Shown in pieces: positions 19,922-30,276 of a DNA stretch of 57,369 nucleotides. The translations under genes and the position numbers were made by a program. The notes under the pieces were generated by a model, which was not told the DNA's origin, made no database searches, and was given only the letters and a program-made list of their open reading frames with translations. Source of the stretch: Candidatus Poribacteria bacterium (GTDB lineage Bacteria > Poribacteria > WGA-4E > WGA-3G); NCBI GenBank assembly GCA_022822275.1, contig JAJEBZ010000170.1:1-57369 (forward strand). Reading direction: 5' to 3'. Each line of letters begins with the position of its first letter. Position 1 is the first letter of the stretch.

Positions 19922-20664
19922 ACTTTTAAATTAGCAACTTCTGCAGGGGTAAGAAATCGATATTGCCCTTGCGGAAGATTGCCCAACCGCAACATGCCGA
20001 TACGTATCCGTTTCAAACGGGTCACTCGGTGTCCCACCGCCTTAAACATCAGGCGTACCTGTCGTTTTTTTCCTTCGTGTATAATTACCCTATATTTTGC
20101 TACTATTCCATATTTGTTTGCTTTCTTTTTAACAGGTATATTAAGATCGTTTTTCACATCAAGTAGTTTTATGTTAGCAGGTGCTGTTTTCCCGCCTGTT
20201 ATTTCCACGCCGTTGCGTAGACGTTCAAGTGCGCGTTTGCTCAGAACACCATTCACCCATGCAATATACGTCTTATCAATCTCATAACTGGGATGCATCA
20301 ATTGGTAAGCGAAATCGCCATCGTTGGTGAATAGTAAAAGCCCTTCTGTCTCCAAATCTAAACGTCCCACTGGATAGATGGATTTAGGTAGTTCTGTTAG
20401 CAGGTCCATCACGGTTGGTCGTCCACGTTCGTCATGACGGGTTGTTATATAACCTGCTGGCTTATTCAACATGAGATAGATGCGTTCAGTAAGGGGTTCA
20501 ACCTGTCTTCCTTCAAACCGAATGCAATCCTTTTCCACATCAATTGGGTGTCCGGGAATGAGGATTGTTGTGCCGTTAACAGAGGCGTTTCCCTCACGAA
20601 TGGCTCGCTTGATTGCGCGCCGCGATGCGATACCTGCGGAAGCGATATATTTTTCAAGACGCAC
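19918..20664 (-). CDS. RsuA/RluB-family pseudouridine synthase
   Basis: S4 domain MRLEKYIA..GIASRR, NKPAG, PVGRLD, EGKKRQVR. Confidence 0.92.
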   Translation of the reverse strand: MRLEKYIASAGIASRRAIKRAIREGNASVNGTTILIPGHPIDVEKDCIRFEGRQVEPLTERIYLMLNKPAGYITTRHDERGRPTVMDLLTELPKSIYPVGRLDLETEGLLLFTNDGDFAYQLMHPSYEIDKTYIAWVNGVLSKRALERLRNGVEITGGKTAPANIKLLDVKNDLNIPVKKKANKYGIVAKYRVIIHEGKKRQVRLMFKAVGHRVTRLKRIRIGMLRLGNLPQGQYRFLTPAEVANLKV

Positions 20665-20683
20665 GACTGTTCACCATCCATGA

Positions 20684-21319
20684 CTACGATTCTATTTTCC
20701 AATTTCTTTCTGTTGCTATTCTGCGGAGTTCACGATCAGGATTTACAGCGACTGGATTTCCGAACAATTCCAGTTTATAGACATCTGAGTGGTGGTTGCC
20801 ATACGCATAAGAGTCACTGAGATCAAACCCATGTGTTGTTGCAAGTTTTCTTGCCAGTGCTGCTTTGTTCTGTGCGTAAGGTCGCAAACCAACGCGGTTT
20901 CCGGTAAATCTTCCATTCGTCACCTCCAGTTCGTCCGCTACCATGATGTCGGTTTCAAAGTGATTATGAAAGTGTTCAACAAGGATTGACAACGAACCAG
21001 ACATCAGGATAACCGCACGGCCTGCATTGCGATGGGCATGTATGAGTGTTGATATATGAGGAACAATGCTTGCACGAAGTGAATTGACAAAGCAGTCACG
21101 GGCAAGGTTACTCAGGTGGTTTTCCTCTAAACCGCGTAGGTGAACTTTGTTTGATTTTGCATCGGGAAAAGACCTGACCTTGATGAAATAGGAGGTCCAC
21201 GCAAGCAAATTCGATATTGGAATCTCACCCTGTTTCAACAGATGTTTGAGAAAGACCTTCTCTGAAGAACGACGTATTAGTGTTCCATCAAGATCGAAAA
21301 TAGCACATGTGTTTTTCAT
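20684..21319 (-). CDS. HAD-IB family hydrolase
   Basis: FDLDGTLI, SGS, SYAYGN..SD, VNPD. Confidence 0.88.
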   Translation of the reverse strand: MKNTCAIFDLDGTLIRRSSEKVFLKHLLKQGEIPISNLLAWTSYFIKVRSFPDAKSNKVHLRGLEENHLSNLARDCFVNSLRASIVPHISTLIHAHRNAGRAVILMSGSLSILVEHFHNHFETDIMVADELEVTNGRFTGNRVGLRPYAQNKAALARKLATTHGFDLSDSYAYGNHHSDVYKLELFGNPVAVNPDRELRRIATERNWKIES

Positions 21320-21328
21320 ATTCAATTC

Positions 21329-22105
21329 TTATCGTATAAACAATTTAAGGTTTGCCCATGTCGTAGCCAGTTTGCCATTAGGAGTTACATCAAACAGTAC
21401 CCCTTCGTCCATATCCTGTTTGATTTCATCAGCGGAGAGGGCACGGTTGTAAATGGCGACCTCGTCTACATAACCTATTGCACCACCGAGAGATGTTTGC
21501 GATTTTCCAATGCGGAAGACAGCATCAACGCTGGTAATGTTTCCAGCTGGTGCATCGATTTCAACATCTAATTCACCATCAATATATTGACGAACCTTTT
21601 CACCATCATAGGTAGAAGCGACATGATGCCATTCTTCTAACTCAGGTTTAATCGTTTGTTTGTCGCGTGTTCCCTTATATCCTGCAATGTCTATCCACGT
21701 TTCAATTTGCGGTGAACCTGTAAACTCTGAGCTCCACTGAAGAACATACCCGCCTTTGTTTCCAGATGTCCTCCGTCCCATCAAATTAGAATCATTTTGT
21801 GATTCTTTAGGGAAAAACCACGTTTGAATCGTTATTTCGCCAGTGATGTCAAGTTCGTCAACGTCTTCAATTTCTACGTAATGTTCAGCACTTTCCAAAT
21901 GAATGCAACTCCCAATTTTTCCATCTGTAGACCATGTTGCACCATTTAGGGTTGCTTCCAGATTACTTTCGCTTGCATCCATTGCCATATCTCCACTTCC
22001 CTCATCAAAAGGAAGATATAACACAAGTGCCTTGTCGTCTTTTAGTGCCCAGGCATTGGCACTGAAGATAAGAACAAATATGAGAAAAGTCGTAATAAGT
22101 TTCAT
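21329..22105 (-). CDS. Secreted LamG/concanavalin A-like domain protein
   Basis: Signal peptide, YLPFDEGSG, WHHVASTYDG, DEVAIYNRALS and C-terminal GKLATTWANLK. Confidence 0.88.
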   Translation of the reverse strand: MKLITTFLIFVLIFSANAWALKDDKALVLYLPFDEGSGDMAMDASESNLEATLNGATWSTDGKIGSCIHLESAEHYVEIEDVDELDITGEITIQTWFFPKESQNDSNLMGRRTSGNKGGYVLQWSSEFTGSPQIETWIDIAGYKGTRDKQTIKPELEEWHHVASTYDGEKVRQYIDGELDVEIDAPAGNITSVDAVFRIGKSQTSLGGAIGYVDEVAIYNRALSADEIKQDMDEGVLFDVTPNGKLATTWANLKLFIR

Positions 22106-22172
22106 CTCAAACTCCTTTGTAGCAGTAAGGTTATACTGATTGATAAATAAACTTTGTATGTCTACATAAGAT

Positions 22173-22229
22173 GCACAATCTAACAGATTATGCTACAAAA
22201 TATCGCACAAACTGAAAGTTTATGCTACA
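22173..22229. repeat. Two tandem REP-like units (GCACAA..AACAG/AAAG.TTATGCTACA)
   Basis: Similar to the arm at 18335-18359. Confidence 0.5.
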
Positions 22230-22254
22230 CAAGTTCTATAGTTAATTTTCCATG

Positions 22255-23889
22255 TTAGAATTTTGAAATTTGTATTTCTTTCGCAGTAATAAACTCTAAT
22301 AGTGCCGGGGTCCCTTCCTGTGTTTTTTGGATACCGCGCTGGATCGCAGGAATAATTTGGTCTGGTGTTTCAACGCGTTCCCCATAACCCCCGAATGCTT
22401 TAGCCATATCTGCGTAATTACCGGAGATATCTGTACTGCGATATTTCTCAGTAGATACAGGCATAATCGGAATCTCAATTGCCATGGAGAAGTTGTTAAA
22501 AAGCACAGAGAGTATCGGTATTCTTTCCCGTACGGCAGTTTCAAAGTCCATACCGGTAAATCCGATAGCTGCGTCCCCCCAGACATTGATGCAGAGTGCG
22601 TCCGGTTTAGCGAGTTTCGCTCCCATTGCCAGACCGAGTCCGTATCCGAGTTGAGTTGTTTTCCCCCAACCGATATATGTAAGTGGGTTTTCACACTGCC
22701 AGAACGGGGAGAGTTGATCGCGCGGACTTCCCGCATCGTGTGTGATAATCGTGTTTTTGACATCAACGGTATGAAGGAGGTCCCAAATTACGCGATAGGG
22801 AGTCATCGGTACTTCCGTAGATGTAAGTTTTGGTTTCCACTGTTCCAACCATTCTGCTTTTACTGTACGGATCTCTTCAACGATAGCAGTCTTTTTTGTG
22901 TCTGATGTGCCATTGGAACGGTCACGCACAGCCGCCACCAATCCTTCCAAAATCAACCGGGCATCACCGACAAGGGCAGCATCCACAGGGACATCTTTGT
23001 TGATGTCTGCGGGGTCTAACGTTGCATGGATGACGCGTTTACCTTTAGGAATCGTTACTCCAAAATGTGTCCTACTAAAACTGCACCCGATTCCAAAAAG
23101 CAGATCCGTTTTTTGAAGGAAATGATGCACCGGTTTTGGAACGGAACGTCCACCTGAACCGAGTGCGTAAGGATGATTTTCTGGAAAGGCACTCTTTCCG
23201 CCTAAACTCGTAGTTACTGGTGCTGCGAGAAGTTCTGCGAGGTCTCTTAAAGCATCCCATGCTTGTGCATAGTGGACACCTTGTCCCGCATATATGACAG
23301 GACACTCGGCATTGATTAACGCATCTGCAACCGCTTCAATTTCTGCACTGCTTGGACCGTAGCGAACTCTTGGAACTGGTGTCGGCTCAAAGGGTTCAGG
23401 CACTTCTTGTGACATTAAATCTGTTGGAATTTCAACGAGTGCAGGCCTGGGTCTGCCGTTTCGGACTTGTGTGAAGGCACGCCGCATCACCTCTGGCAGT
23501 GCTTCTGGCACCGTGAGTTGTTCGCATGATTTTGTCACATGCCGATAGTTAAGTGCCGAATTGAAGTTCGGTTGGATTTGGGTCAATGGGCGCGCATATC
23601 CCATCGGTAAGACGAGGATGGGTGCTGAATCTCCATAAGCCTGTGCGACACCTCCGAACGCGTTTTCTGAACCAGGTCCGCTTTGCATGCAGAACACACC
23701 AATTTGTTGGCCAGAGGTCATCCTACTCATCGCGTCTGACATGTGTAGTCCAATACGTTCTTGACGAACAATGACAGTGCGTATGTCAACTTTTGCAGCT
23801 GCTTCAATTATAGGGTTGACAGGATACGCAAATAGATATTCCACTCCCTCTGTCTTTAGGACCTTGGCGACCGCATCAACAACTTTCAT
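22255..23889 (-). CDS. Thiamine pyrophosphate-requiring enzyme (acetolactate synthase-like)
   Basis: RQER, GPGSEN, GRPRP and TPP-binding GDAA...NN. Confidence 0.9.
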   Translation of the reverse strand: MKVVDAVAKVLKTEGVEYLFAYPVNPIIEAAAKVDIRTVIVRQERIGLHMSDAMSRMTSGQQIGVFCMQSGPGSENAFGGVAQAYGDSAPILVLPMGYARPLTQIQPNFNSALNYRHVTKSCEQLTVPEALPEVMRRAFTQVRNGRPRPALVEIPTDLMSQEVPEPFEPTPVPRVRYGPSSAEIEAVADALINAECPVIYAGQGVHYAQAWDALRDLAELLAAPVTTSLGGKSAFPENHPYALGSGGRSVPKPVHHFLQKTDLLFGIGCSFSRTHFGVTIPKGKRVIHATLDPADINKDVPVDAALVGDARLILEGLVAAVRDRSNGTSDTKKTAIVEEIRTVKAEWLEQWKPKLTSTEVPMTPYRVIWDLLHTVDVKNTIITHDAGSPRDQLSPFWQCENPLTYIGWGKTTQLGYGLGLAMGAKLAKPDALCINVWGDAAIGFTGMDFETAVRERIPILSVLFNNFSMAIEIPIMPVSTEKYRSTDISGNYADMAKAFGGYGERVETPDQIIPAIQRGIQKTQEGTPALLEFITAKEIQISKF

Positions 23890-23898
23890 AACTATCTC

Positions 23899-24705
23899 CT
23901 AAGGATTGGTAGGACTTCCCGCGTCCATCACAAGCGGAAAATGATCGCCCGCCAATTTGTCACCATCATCGACTGTGACAAAACGTTTCATCACATGATT
24001 GCCACTTGCATCGTAAAGGGTCTCACTTGTCATATAATGGACTGCTATAGCGCGACGGGGTTGACCACTGCTGTTAGCGTGTGAACCGTGCCACGTCAAT
24101 GAATGATGGAAATGCACATAGCCTTTTGGCACTGGACATAACTCAACTTCTAACTCATGCTCTTCAAAACGGTCTGGCATAGAATAGATGTCCTTGACAG
24201 AATGGAGAAAGGAAATTTGATTGCCCCAGTGGTAGGACCCTGGCACCATCCGCATGCATCCATTGCTTTCGTCGACATCGTCTAATGCAACCCAAGCGGT
24301 GACTTGGCTGGTCTTTGGTGTAAGGATGGGCCAGTAGGGTGAATCTTGATGCCACATGTTCACACCACCCACTTGCGGCGGTTTGTACTGTATTTGGTCG
24401 TGCCACACACGCACCTCTGTAGCAGATGTGAGTTGCCCAATTTCTTCAACAATGATAGGGTTATGAACCAGTTTGCGATAGGCGGGACTTGCCTCCCAGA
24501 TATTCACTATTTGCCAAACCGGTGTCTCTTCTCTACCACCGAGATTTACAATGTGTACCGGCTGCGGAATATCCTCTTTTTTGTAATCATCTATGACACG
24601 TGCCAATTCTGATCGTAATTCATCTACCTCTTCATCGTTCAAAACACAACTTCCAAGCAGAAAGCCCTTTTCGAGAAACGCGTGGATTTGGGCTTGGTTT
24701 AGCAT
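23899..24705 (-). CDS. PhyH-family Fe(II)/2-oxoglutarate dioxygenase
   Basis: WHQD, WVALDD...NGCM..VPGSY, HHSLTWHGS..N.S..PRR. Confidence 0.9.
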   Translation of the reverse strand: MLNQAQIHAFLEKGFLLGSCVLNDEEVDELRSELARVIDDYKKEDIPQPVHIVNLGGREETPVWQIVNIWEASPAYRKLVHNPIIVEEIGQLTSATEVRVWHDQIQYKPPQVGGVNMWHQDSPYWPILTPKTSQVTAWVALDDVDESNGCMRMVPGSYHWGNQISFLHSVKDIYSMPDRFEEHELEVELCPVPKGYVHFHHSLTWHGSHANSSGQPRRAIAVHYMTSETLYDASGNHVMKRFVTVDDGDKLAGDHFPLVMDAGSPTNP

Positions 24706-24736
24706 ATTTGTCTCCTATAGTTTTTTTATCTTACGC

Positions 24737-24765
24737 ATTATAGCATTTTTATTGACTTATGTCAA
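24737..24765 (-). promoter_or_regulatory. Consensus sigma70 promoter for the phyH-TPP enzyme operon
   Basis: Minus strand TTGACA-17 bp-TATAAT with a TG extension. Confidence 0.7.
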
Positions 24766-24781
24766 CGTGTAGATTTGTGAG

Positions 24782-24991
24782 GGGTGTGTAAAGTTTTTGT
24801 CACCCAGAAGCGCGGATTACACGGCGTGTGTGCGGAATCGCGGATTACACGGATTTCACGGAGTGCGCGGATAAGACTGCTGCATTAGATCGTCTTGCTT
24901 AGAGAACACTTATCCGCTGTCATTACGATCTCAGGCTGGTATCTTATCCGCGCACTCCGCGTAATCCGTGAAATCCGCGATTCCGCACACA
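24782..24991. repeat. Family-B MITE left end followed by a ~50-bp inverted repeat of CGGATT(A/T)CA-type units
   Basis: GGGTGTGTAAAGTTTTTGT at 24782. Arms 24827-24876 and 24942-24991 are near-perfect reverse complements. Confidence 0.7.
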
Positions 24992-25147
24992 ATGGTAAAA
25001 TACTTGAAAAAAAACACGTTTTTGCTATTATATTAGGGTATAAGACATTGTTGGGAGCAATTAGCAATTCCCTGTGCTCCCACCTATCATTCGTCTTTAG
25101 GTTAGTTTGTATATTTAGGCAAACAAAACAGATCGGAGGATCATACA

Positions 25148-25291
25148 ATGAAATTCAAACATAAGTTAGGATATATATTTATCGGGTGTCTATTCACAAT
25201 CGCAGGATACATCCTCGCATCACTGGGCGGTATTACCACACATGCACAACAAGAGAAACAAGTGATTGACGAAATCGTTTGTAGAAAATAG
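25148..25291 (+). pseudogene. 47-aa N-terminal fragment of a secreted-protein family (signal peptide only)
   Basis: GGAGG RBS; MKFKHKLGYIFIGCLFTIAGYILASLGGITTHAQQEKQVIDEIVCRK* stops shortly after the signal peptide. Confidence 0.55.
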
Positions 25292-25316
25292 GAAGGAAGT
25301 AAAAGGAGATGTTTTT

Positions 25317-25937
25317 ATGGATAATCAATATACTCATGATGGAAAGCGTTTGGTTCTTTCAATAGCACGAGAACTTATCCTTGAGTTATTCAAAGGAAAA
25401 TCTAATGTTAGGAAACGAGACATTGATAACAAAGTTGAAGAAGTGCATAGGAACAGGGGTGGACTGGAGCATATAAAAAAAACCCATCCTGTTACTGATG
25501 CCTTGGACTCTCTCAAGAAAAACGGACAAGCAAATAATCTAAAAAGAGGGTATTGGAATATTTTTGCTGAAGAAAGTAAAGGCAATGATGATAAGGGTTG
25601 TGTCTATGTTTACTATTATCCAACCTACAAAGAACAAGCTAAATCTAAAGGTGAAGACAGATGGCCGTGTAAGATCGGATCCCATGCATCCTTGGATCCA
25701 AAGAGCAGAATAGCAGAGCAAGTGACAGGGATGCCAGAAGCACCGCAAACAGAGATTGTTATGTATACAGAAAACCCCCAACATATTGAACGTATTATAC
25801 ACTCTATTCTAAAGTTAAAGGAAAGGAATAGACACATTCAGGATGCTCCGGATAGTGAATGGTTTCTGATCTCACCAGATATTGCGAAAAGAGTCGTGAA
25901 GGAATTTGAAAACTTCCTAAATAGGATAAATATTTAG
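25317..25937 (+). CDS. GIY-YIG (T5orf172/MUG113-like) nuclease with N-terminal wHTH-like domain
   Basis: GCVYVYY...CKIG, ER.IH..L and SEWF motifs; AGGAG RBS before ATG 25317. Confidence 0.75.
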   Translation: MDNQYTHDGKRLVLSIARELILELFKGKSNVRKRDIDNKVEEVHRNRGGLEHIKKTHPVTDALDSLKKNGQANNLKRGYWNIFAEESKGNDDKGCVYVYYYPTYKEQAKSKGEDRWPCKIGSHASLDPKSRIAEQVTGMPEAPQTEIVMYTENPQHIERIIHSILKLKERNRHIQDAPDSEWFLISPDIAKRVVKEFENFLNRINI

Positions 25938-25980
25938 GAGTCCGCTCCAATGAACGACGATATGCTATCCGTGTCTCGTA

Positions 25981-26009
25981 TTGACATAAAACCCCAACAC
26001 TGCTATATT
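25981..26009 (+). promoter_or_regulatory. Putative sigma70 promoter of the TPR gene
   Basis: TTGACA-17 bp-TATATT with a TG extension. Confidence 0.55.
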
Positions 26010-26098
26010 GAGAAACATGAAAAAACAGATCGGAAGAGTGATAAAATATCGTAACAACGATACATATAACATCCCAACAATATGAAAAGGAAGTATCA

Positions 26099-27130
26099 AT
26101 GAAGAATAATTTTTCGGATTATGACAAAGCTATTCGGCTTAATCCTGATGATGCCAATGCATATTTCAATCGGGGAATGGCGAAGTCTGAATTAGGACAA
26201 TACGCAGAGGCGATTGCGGATTATGACACTGCTATTCGGCTAAATCCTGATGATGCCAAAGCATTCCACAACCGTGGTGCAGCAAAGAGTGAGTTAGGAC
26301 GGCATGCTGCTGCGATTGCAGATTATGACATCGTTATTCGGATCAATCCTGATGATACCTCGGCATACACCAACAGGGGATTTGAAAAGATTCAGTTAGG
26401 ACAGCACGCTGATGCGATTGAGGATTTTGAAATCGCTATACAACTCGCACCTGATGATGCCTCGGCATACCTCAACCGGGGAAGTGCAAAGCATGACTTA
26501 GGACAGCACGCTGATGCGATTGAGGATTATGACATCGCTATACAACTCGCACCTGATGATACCACGGCATATCTCAACCGGGCATTAACGAAGATTCAGT
26601 TAGAACAATACGCTGATGCAATTGCGGATAGTGAAATCGTTATTCAGCTCAATCCTGATAATGCCGATGCATACCAATATAGGGGAATGGCGAAGTTTGA
26701 GTTAGGACAACACGCTGATGCGGCTGCGGATTTTGACATCGCTATTCGACTCGAACCTGATGATGCCAAAGCATTCCTAAATCGGGGACTTCTGAAGTAT
26801 CGGTTAGGACTACACGCTGATGCGATTACGGATTTTGACTCCGCTATTCGCCTCAATCCTGATTTTGCCAAAGCATACTACAATCGCGGAAATGCGAAGA
26901 CTGAGTTAGGACAGCACGCTGCTGCGATTGCAGATTATGACTCTTATATCCGCCTCAATCCTAATTTTGCCAAAAAAGCATACTACAATCGGGGAAATGC
27001 GAAAGCTGAGTTAGGTCGAGCATTGAAAGCGAAGCAGGACTTCCAAACTGCTTTACAGCTTGCGATAAAAGCAGACGATGCAGAACTGAAAACTGATGCC
27101 GAGAAAGCACTGCGTATTCTTAATGAGTGA
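26099..27130 (+). CDS. Tetratricopeptide repeat protein (about 9 TPRs)
   Basis: 34-aa repeats AYxNRGxAKxxLGxxxxAIxDYDxAIxLNPD. Confidence 0.92.
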   Translation: MKNNFSDYDKAIRLNPDDANAYFNRGMAKSELGQYAEAIADYDTAIRLNPDDAKAFHNRGAAKSELGRHAAAIADYDIVIRINPDDTSAYTNRGFEKIQLGQHADAIEDFEIAIQLAPDDASAYLNRGSAKHDLGQHADAIEDYDIAIQLAPDDTTAYLNRALTKIQLEQYADAIADSEIVIQLNPDNADAYQYRGMAKFELGQHADAAADFDIAIRLEPDDAKAFLNRGLLKYRLGLHADAITDFDSAIRLNPDFAKAYYNRGNAKTELGQHAAAIADYDSYIRLNPNFAKKAYYNRGNAKAELGRALKAKQDFQTALQLAIKADDAELKTDAEKALRILNE

Positions 27131-27267
27131 GTAGGAGCACTTTATGTAATATGAGATTGCACTATCCTATAACTGTAGGGGCATGTAAGAAGGTTTTACA
27201 AAGTAAACTGTGCTATGCTTGATAACGTTCTATTATTCTAAAATCACTTTGAAAGAGGGTAATCCTC

Positions 27268-27372
27268 GTGGCGAAATCTAAAGGCGGAAAAGGTGGTAAC
27301 ACGCGCTATCCACAGAACAAGCCGTCAACAACCGGTAATAAGTCTGGTGGCGGGGTCTCCCCGCCCGTTTAG
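27268..27372 (+). CDS. Gly-rich micro-protein with a PSTTGNxSGGG motif, probably truncated by a REP element
   Basis: GAGGG RBS + GTG; MAKSKGGKGGNTRYPQNKPSTTGNKSGGGVSPPV*. Confidence 0.45.
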   Translation: MAKSKGGKGGNTRYPQNKPSTTGNKSGGGVSPPV

Positions 27373-27609
27373 AAAGCCTTTCTATATAGGGACGAGGTAA
27401 CCTCGACCCTACAATAAAGGTGTGATATTATGATTTATGGGATGTACTGTAGCACATCCCCAGAATTTTTGAAGTAACGAAAATCCGTTACCACTAATAT
27501 AACATGTCCGCGTTAATGTGCCAACTTTTCTTGAAATTGTGTCAAATCTGTGTTAAAATTTCATTTTCACAAATTCAACCTGATAGTAAGTAACTTACGG
27601 TGAAAAGAA

Positions 27610-28863
27610 ATGAATAAATTATTAGCAGAGGTCGACCCACAAATCGTTGAAATTACCTCTAATGACTTAGCACGTCAGCAAAATTCGTTGATGCTAATTC
27701 CATCCGAGAACTATGCAAGCCGTGCCGTAATGGAAATACAGGGAAGTATCTTAGCGAACAAATATGCTGAGGGGTATCCTGGAGAACGTTACTATAACGG
27801 TTGCGAGTTTATGGATGGCGTAGAATCGCTTGCAATTGAACGGGCAAAGGCACTCTTCGGTGCGGAACATGTCAACGTCCAACCGCATGCTGGCACACAA
27901 GCGAATATGGCAGCATACCACGCCCTGCTTGATCCAGGGGATACGATCTTAGCCATGTCCCTTAGCCACGGAGGACACTTGAGTCATGGCGATAAGGTGA
28001 ATTTTTCAGGACGATATTACAATGTCGTTGCTTATGGCGTAGATGCGGAAACGGAACGTATTGACATGGATGAAGTAGCACAACTTGCTGAACAGCACCG
28101 TCCAAAACTTATTGTTGTCGGGGCAACTGCGTATCCCCGTCTCTTTGACTTCGCTACATGGCGAAAAGTTGCAGACACTGTTGATGCTTATTTGCTTGCT
28201 GATATAGCACACATCGCGGGACTTATTGCTGGCGGCGTTCATCCTGATCCAGTACCTCACAGCGATGTGGTTACGACAACAACGCACAAAACCTTACGCG
28301 GTCCTCGTGGGGCAATGATTATGTGTAAGGAGGAGCATGCAGCGAAGATTGATCGGGCAGTATTTCCCGGCTTGCAAGGCGGTCCTTTTCTACATACAAT
28401 CGCTGCGAGAGCTGTTGCTTTCAAAGAAGCAAGCGAACCCGAGTTTAAAACATATCAAGCACAGATCGTCAAAAATGCGAAAGTGCTTGCTGCAAGACTC
28501 ACCGAAAATGGATTTAGGTTAGTGAGTGGCGGCACAGAAAATCACCTGATGTTAATTGATCTAACAACTAAATATGAGAAATTAAGTGGTAGACAAGCAG
28601 CGGATCACCTTGAAGATGCTGGCATTATTGTCAACAAAAACACGATACCGTTTGATAAAAGAAAACCGAAGACGACAAGTGGAATCCGTCTTGGCACACC
28701 GATGGTTACGACGCGCGGTATGAAAGAAGATGAGATGGTTCACATCGCCGATTTTATCACTGAGACGCTTGAAAATAGGCAAAAGTCCGCGATAAAACGT
28801 AGAATCAAGGAAAAGGTACACGAATTCTGCACACAATTCCCAATATATGAATACCTAAATTAG
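27610..28863 (+). CDS. glyA: Serine hydroxymethyltransferase
   Basis: [33 protein letters not shown]. Confidence 0.97.
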   Translation: MNKLLAEVDPQIVEITSNDLARQQNSLMLIPSENYASRAVMEIQGSILANKYAEGYPGERYYNGCEFMDGVESLAIERAKALFGAEHVNVQPHAGTQANMAAYHALLDPGDTILAMSLSHGGHLSHGDKVNFSGRYYNVVAYGVDAETERIDMDEVAQLAEQHRPKLIVVGATAYPRLFDFATWRKVADTVDAYLLADIAHIAGLIAGGVHPDPVPHSDVVTTTTHKTLRGPRGAMIMCKEEHAAKIDRAVFPGLQGGPFLHTIAARAVAFKEASEPEFKTYQAQIVKNAKVLAARLTENGFRLVSGGTENHLMLIDLTTKYEKLSGRQAADHLEDAGIIVNKNTIPFDKRKPKTTSGIRLGTPMVTTRGMKEDEMVHIADFITETLENRQKSAIKRRIKEKVHEFCTQFPIYEYLN

Positions 28864-28871
28864 CACCTTGT

Positions 28872-30254
28872 GTGCCGTTACCGATAACACCAAAATTGGA
28901 TTATAAATCTGCACTTACATATATTGATCAATTCATTGACTATGAAAGAAGTCCGGATTTTGCGCGTCAGGCACGGTTCTACAATCTGAATCGCATCTCG
29001 CAGCTGTTAGACCTACTCGGTAACCCACACGACAAACTAAAAGTTATTCACGTCGCGGGAAGTAAGGGAAAAGGGTCAACAGCAGCGATTATCGCTTCGG
29101 TGCTAACACATGCAGGATACAGAACGGGGTTATTTACGTCCCCACACCTCATCACACCGCGAGAAAGGTGTCGTATTGATAATGAACTTATATCGGAAAC
29201 TGAGGTTGCATGCTACATAGATAAACTCAAACCGGCAATAGAAACTGTTTCCGCTTCCAAATTTGGGCGTGTTTCGTTTTTTGAAATATACACAGCACTT
29301 GCATTTACCTATTTCGCAGACAAAGCAACCGATTTTGCTGTCCTTGAAGTTGGTTTGGGGGGAAGACTTGACGCGACAAATGTTGTCTCACCCGTAACGA
29401 CTGTCATTACGCAAATTGGTTTAGAACACACAACGATATTAGGAGAAACTTACGCTCAGATAGCAAGCGAAAAAGCAGAAATCATAAAACAGGGATGCCC
29501 AGTCGCGCTTGCACCGCAACACCCTGAAGCACGTGCTGTTATTGAAAAGGTTGCAGTTGAACGCAACGCACCAATTGTTCAGGTCAAGAATTTTATAGAA
29601 CGAGATCCGGAAGTGTCTGTGTCGCAATCCGTACAGAACTCCAAAGGTATACCTACTGCACAACAATTTAACGTGGAAACAGAGTCAGAAAGTTATTCAC
29701 AACTAAAATTGCCACTACTTGGACATCATCAATATGTGAATGGGACAACTGCCATCGCTGCGATTGAATGTCTGAAACAGGAAGGATATAAGGTTTCCAA
29801 AGATACTGTATACGAAGGATTTGAGAACGTACACTGGCAGGGACGAATCCAACGGGTTATGTCCGCCCCCCTTGTAATACTTGACGGTGCACATTCTCCT
29901 GTCTCTATGAAGGCGTTATGCCGTGCTATTCGTGAATACTTTTGTTACACAAAAGCGATTTTTATCGTTAGTATTATGAAGGATAAGGATTTAACTGAAA
30001 TTGGCGAAATTGTCTCAGAAATAGCGGATTCCGTGATTGTTACAGAAGTTTCTGATAACCCGCGTGTTATGCCTACAGAAATAATACAGGATACTTGGTC
30101 AGGTATATGCAAACAAATAACAAATTGCCCAAATATAAAAGAAGCAATCACGACAGGATTATCAGCTGCATCTCCAACAGACCTTATCTGTGTCACAGGT
30201 TCACTTTACCTCGTTGGAGAAGCACTTAAACATTTCAACTTGGAATACAAATAA
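28872..30254 (+). CDS. folC: Folylpolyglutamate/dihydrofolate synthase
   Basis: HVAGSKGKGST, FTSPHL, EVGLGGRLDATN, DGAH, TGSLYLVG. Confidence 0.95.
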   Translation: MPLPITPKLDYKSALTYIDQFIDYERSPDFARQARFYNLNRISQLLDLLGNPHDKLKVIHVAGSKGKGSTAAIIASVLTHAGYRTGLFTSPHLITPRERCRIDNELISETEVACYIDKLKPAIETVSASKFGRVSFFEIYTALAFTYFADKATDFAVLEVGLGGRLDATNVVSPVTTVITQIGLEHTTILGETYAQIASEKAEIIKQGCPVALAPQHPEARAVIEKVAVERNAPIVQVKNFIERDPEVSVSQSVQNSKGIPTAQQFNVETESESYSQLKLPLLGHHQYVNGTTAIAAIECLKQEGYKVSKDTVYEGFENVHWQGRIQRVMSAPLVILDGAHSPVSMKALCRAIREYFCYTKAIFIVSIMKDKDLTEIGEIVSEIADSVIVTEVSDNPRVMPTEIIQDTWSGICKQITNCPNIKEAITTGLSAASPTDLICVTGSLYLVGEALKHFNLEYK

Positions 30255-30276
30255 ACATATAAAAGAGAGGTTTTTA

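Noticed and set aside
24885-25164. 87- and 89-aa ORFs on both strands
   Set aside because: They run through an inverted-repeat element and promoter region and have no protein-like features.
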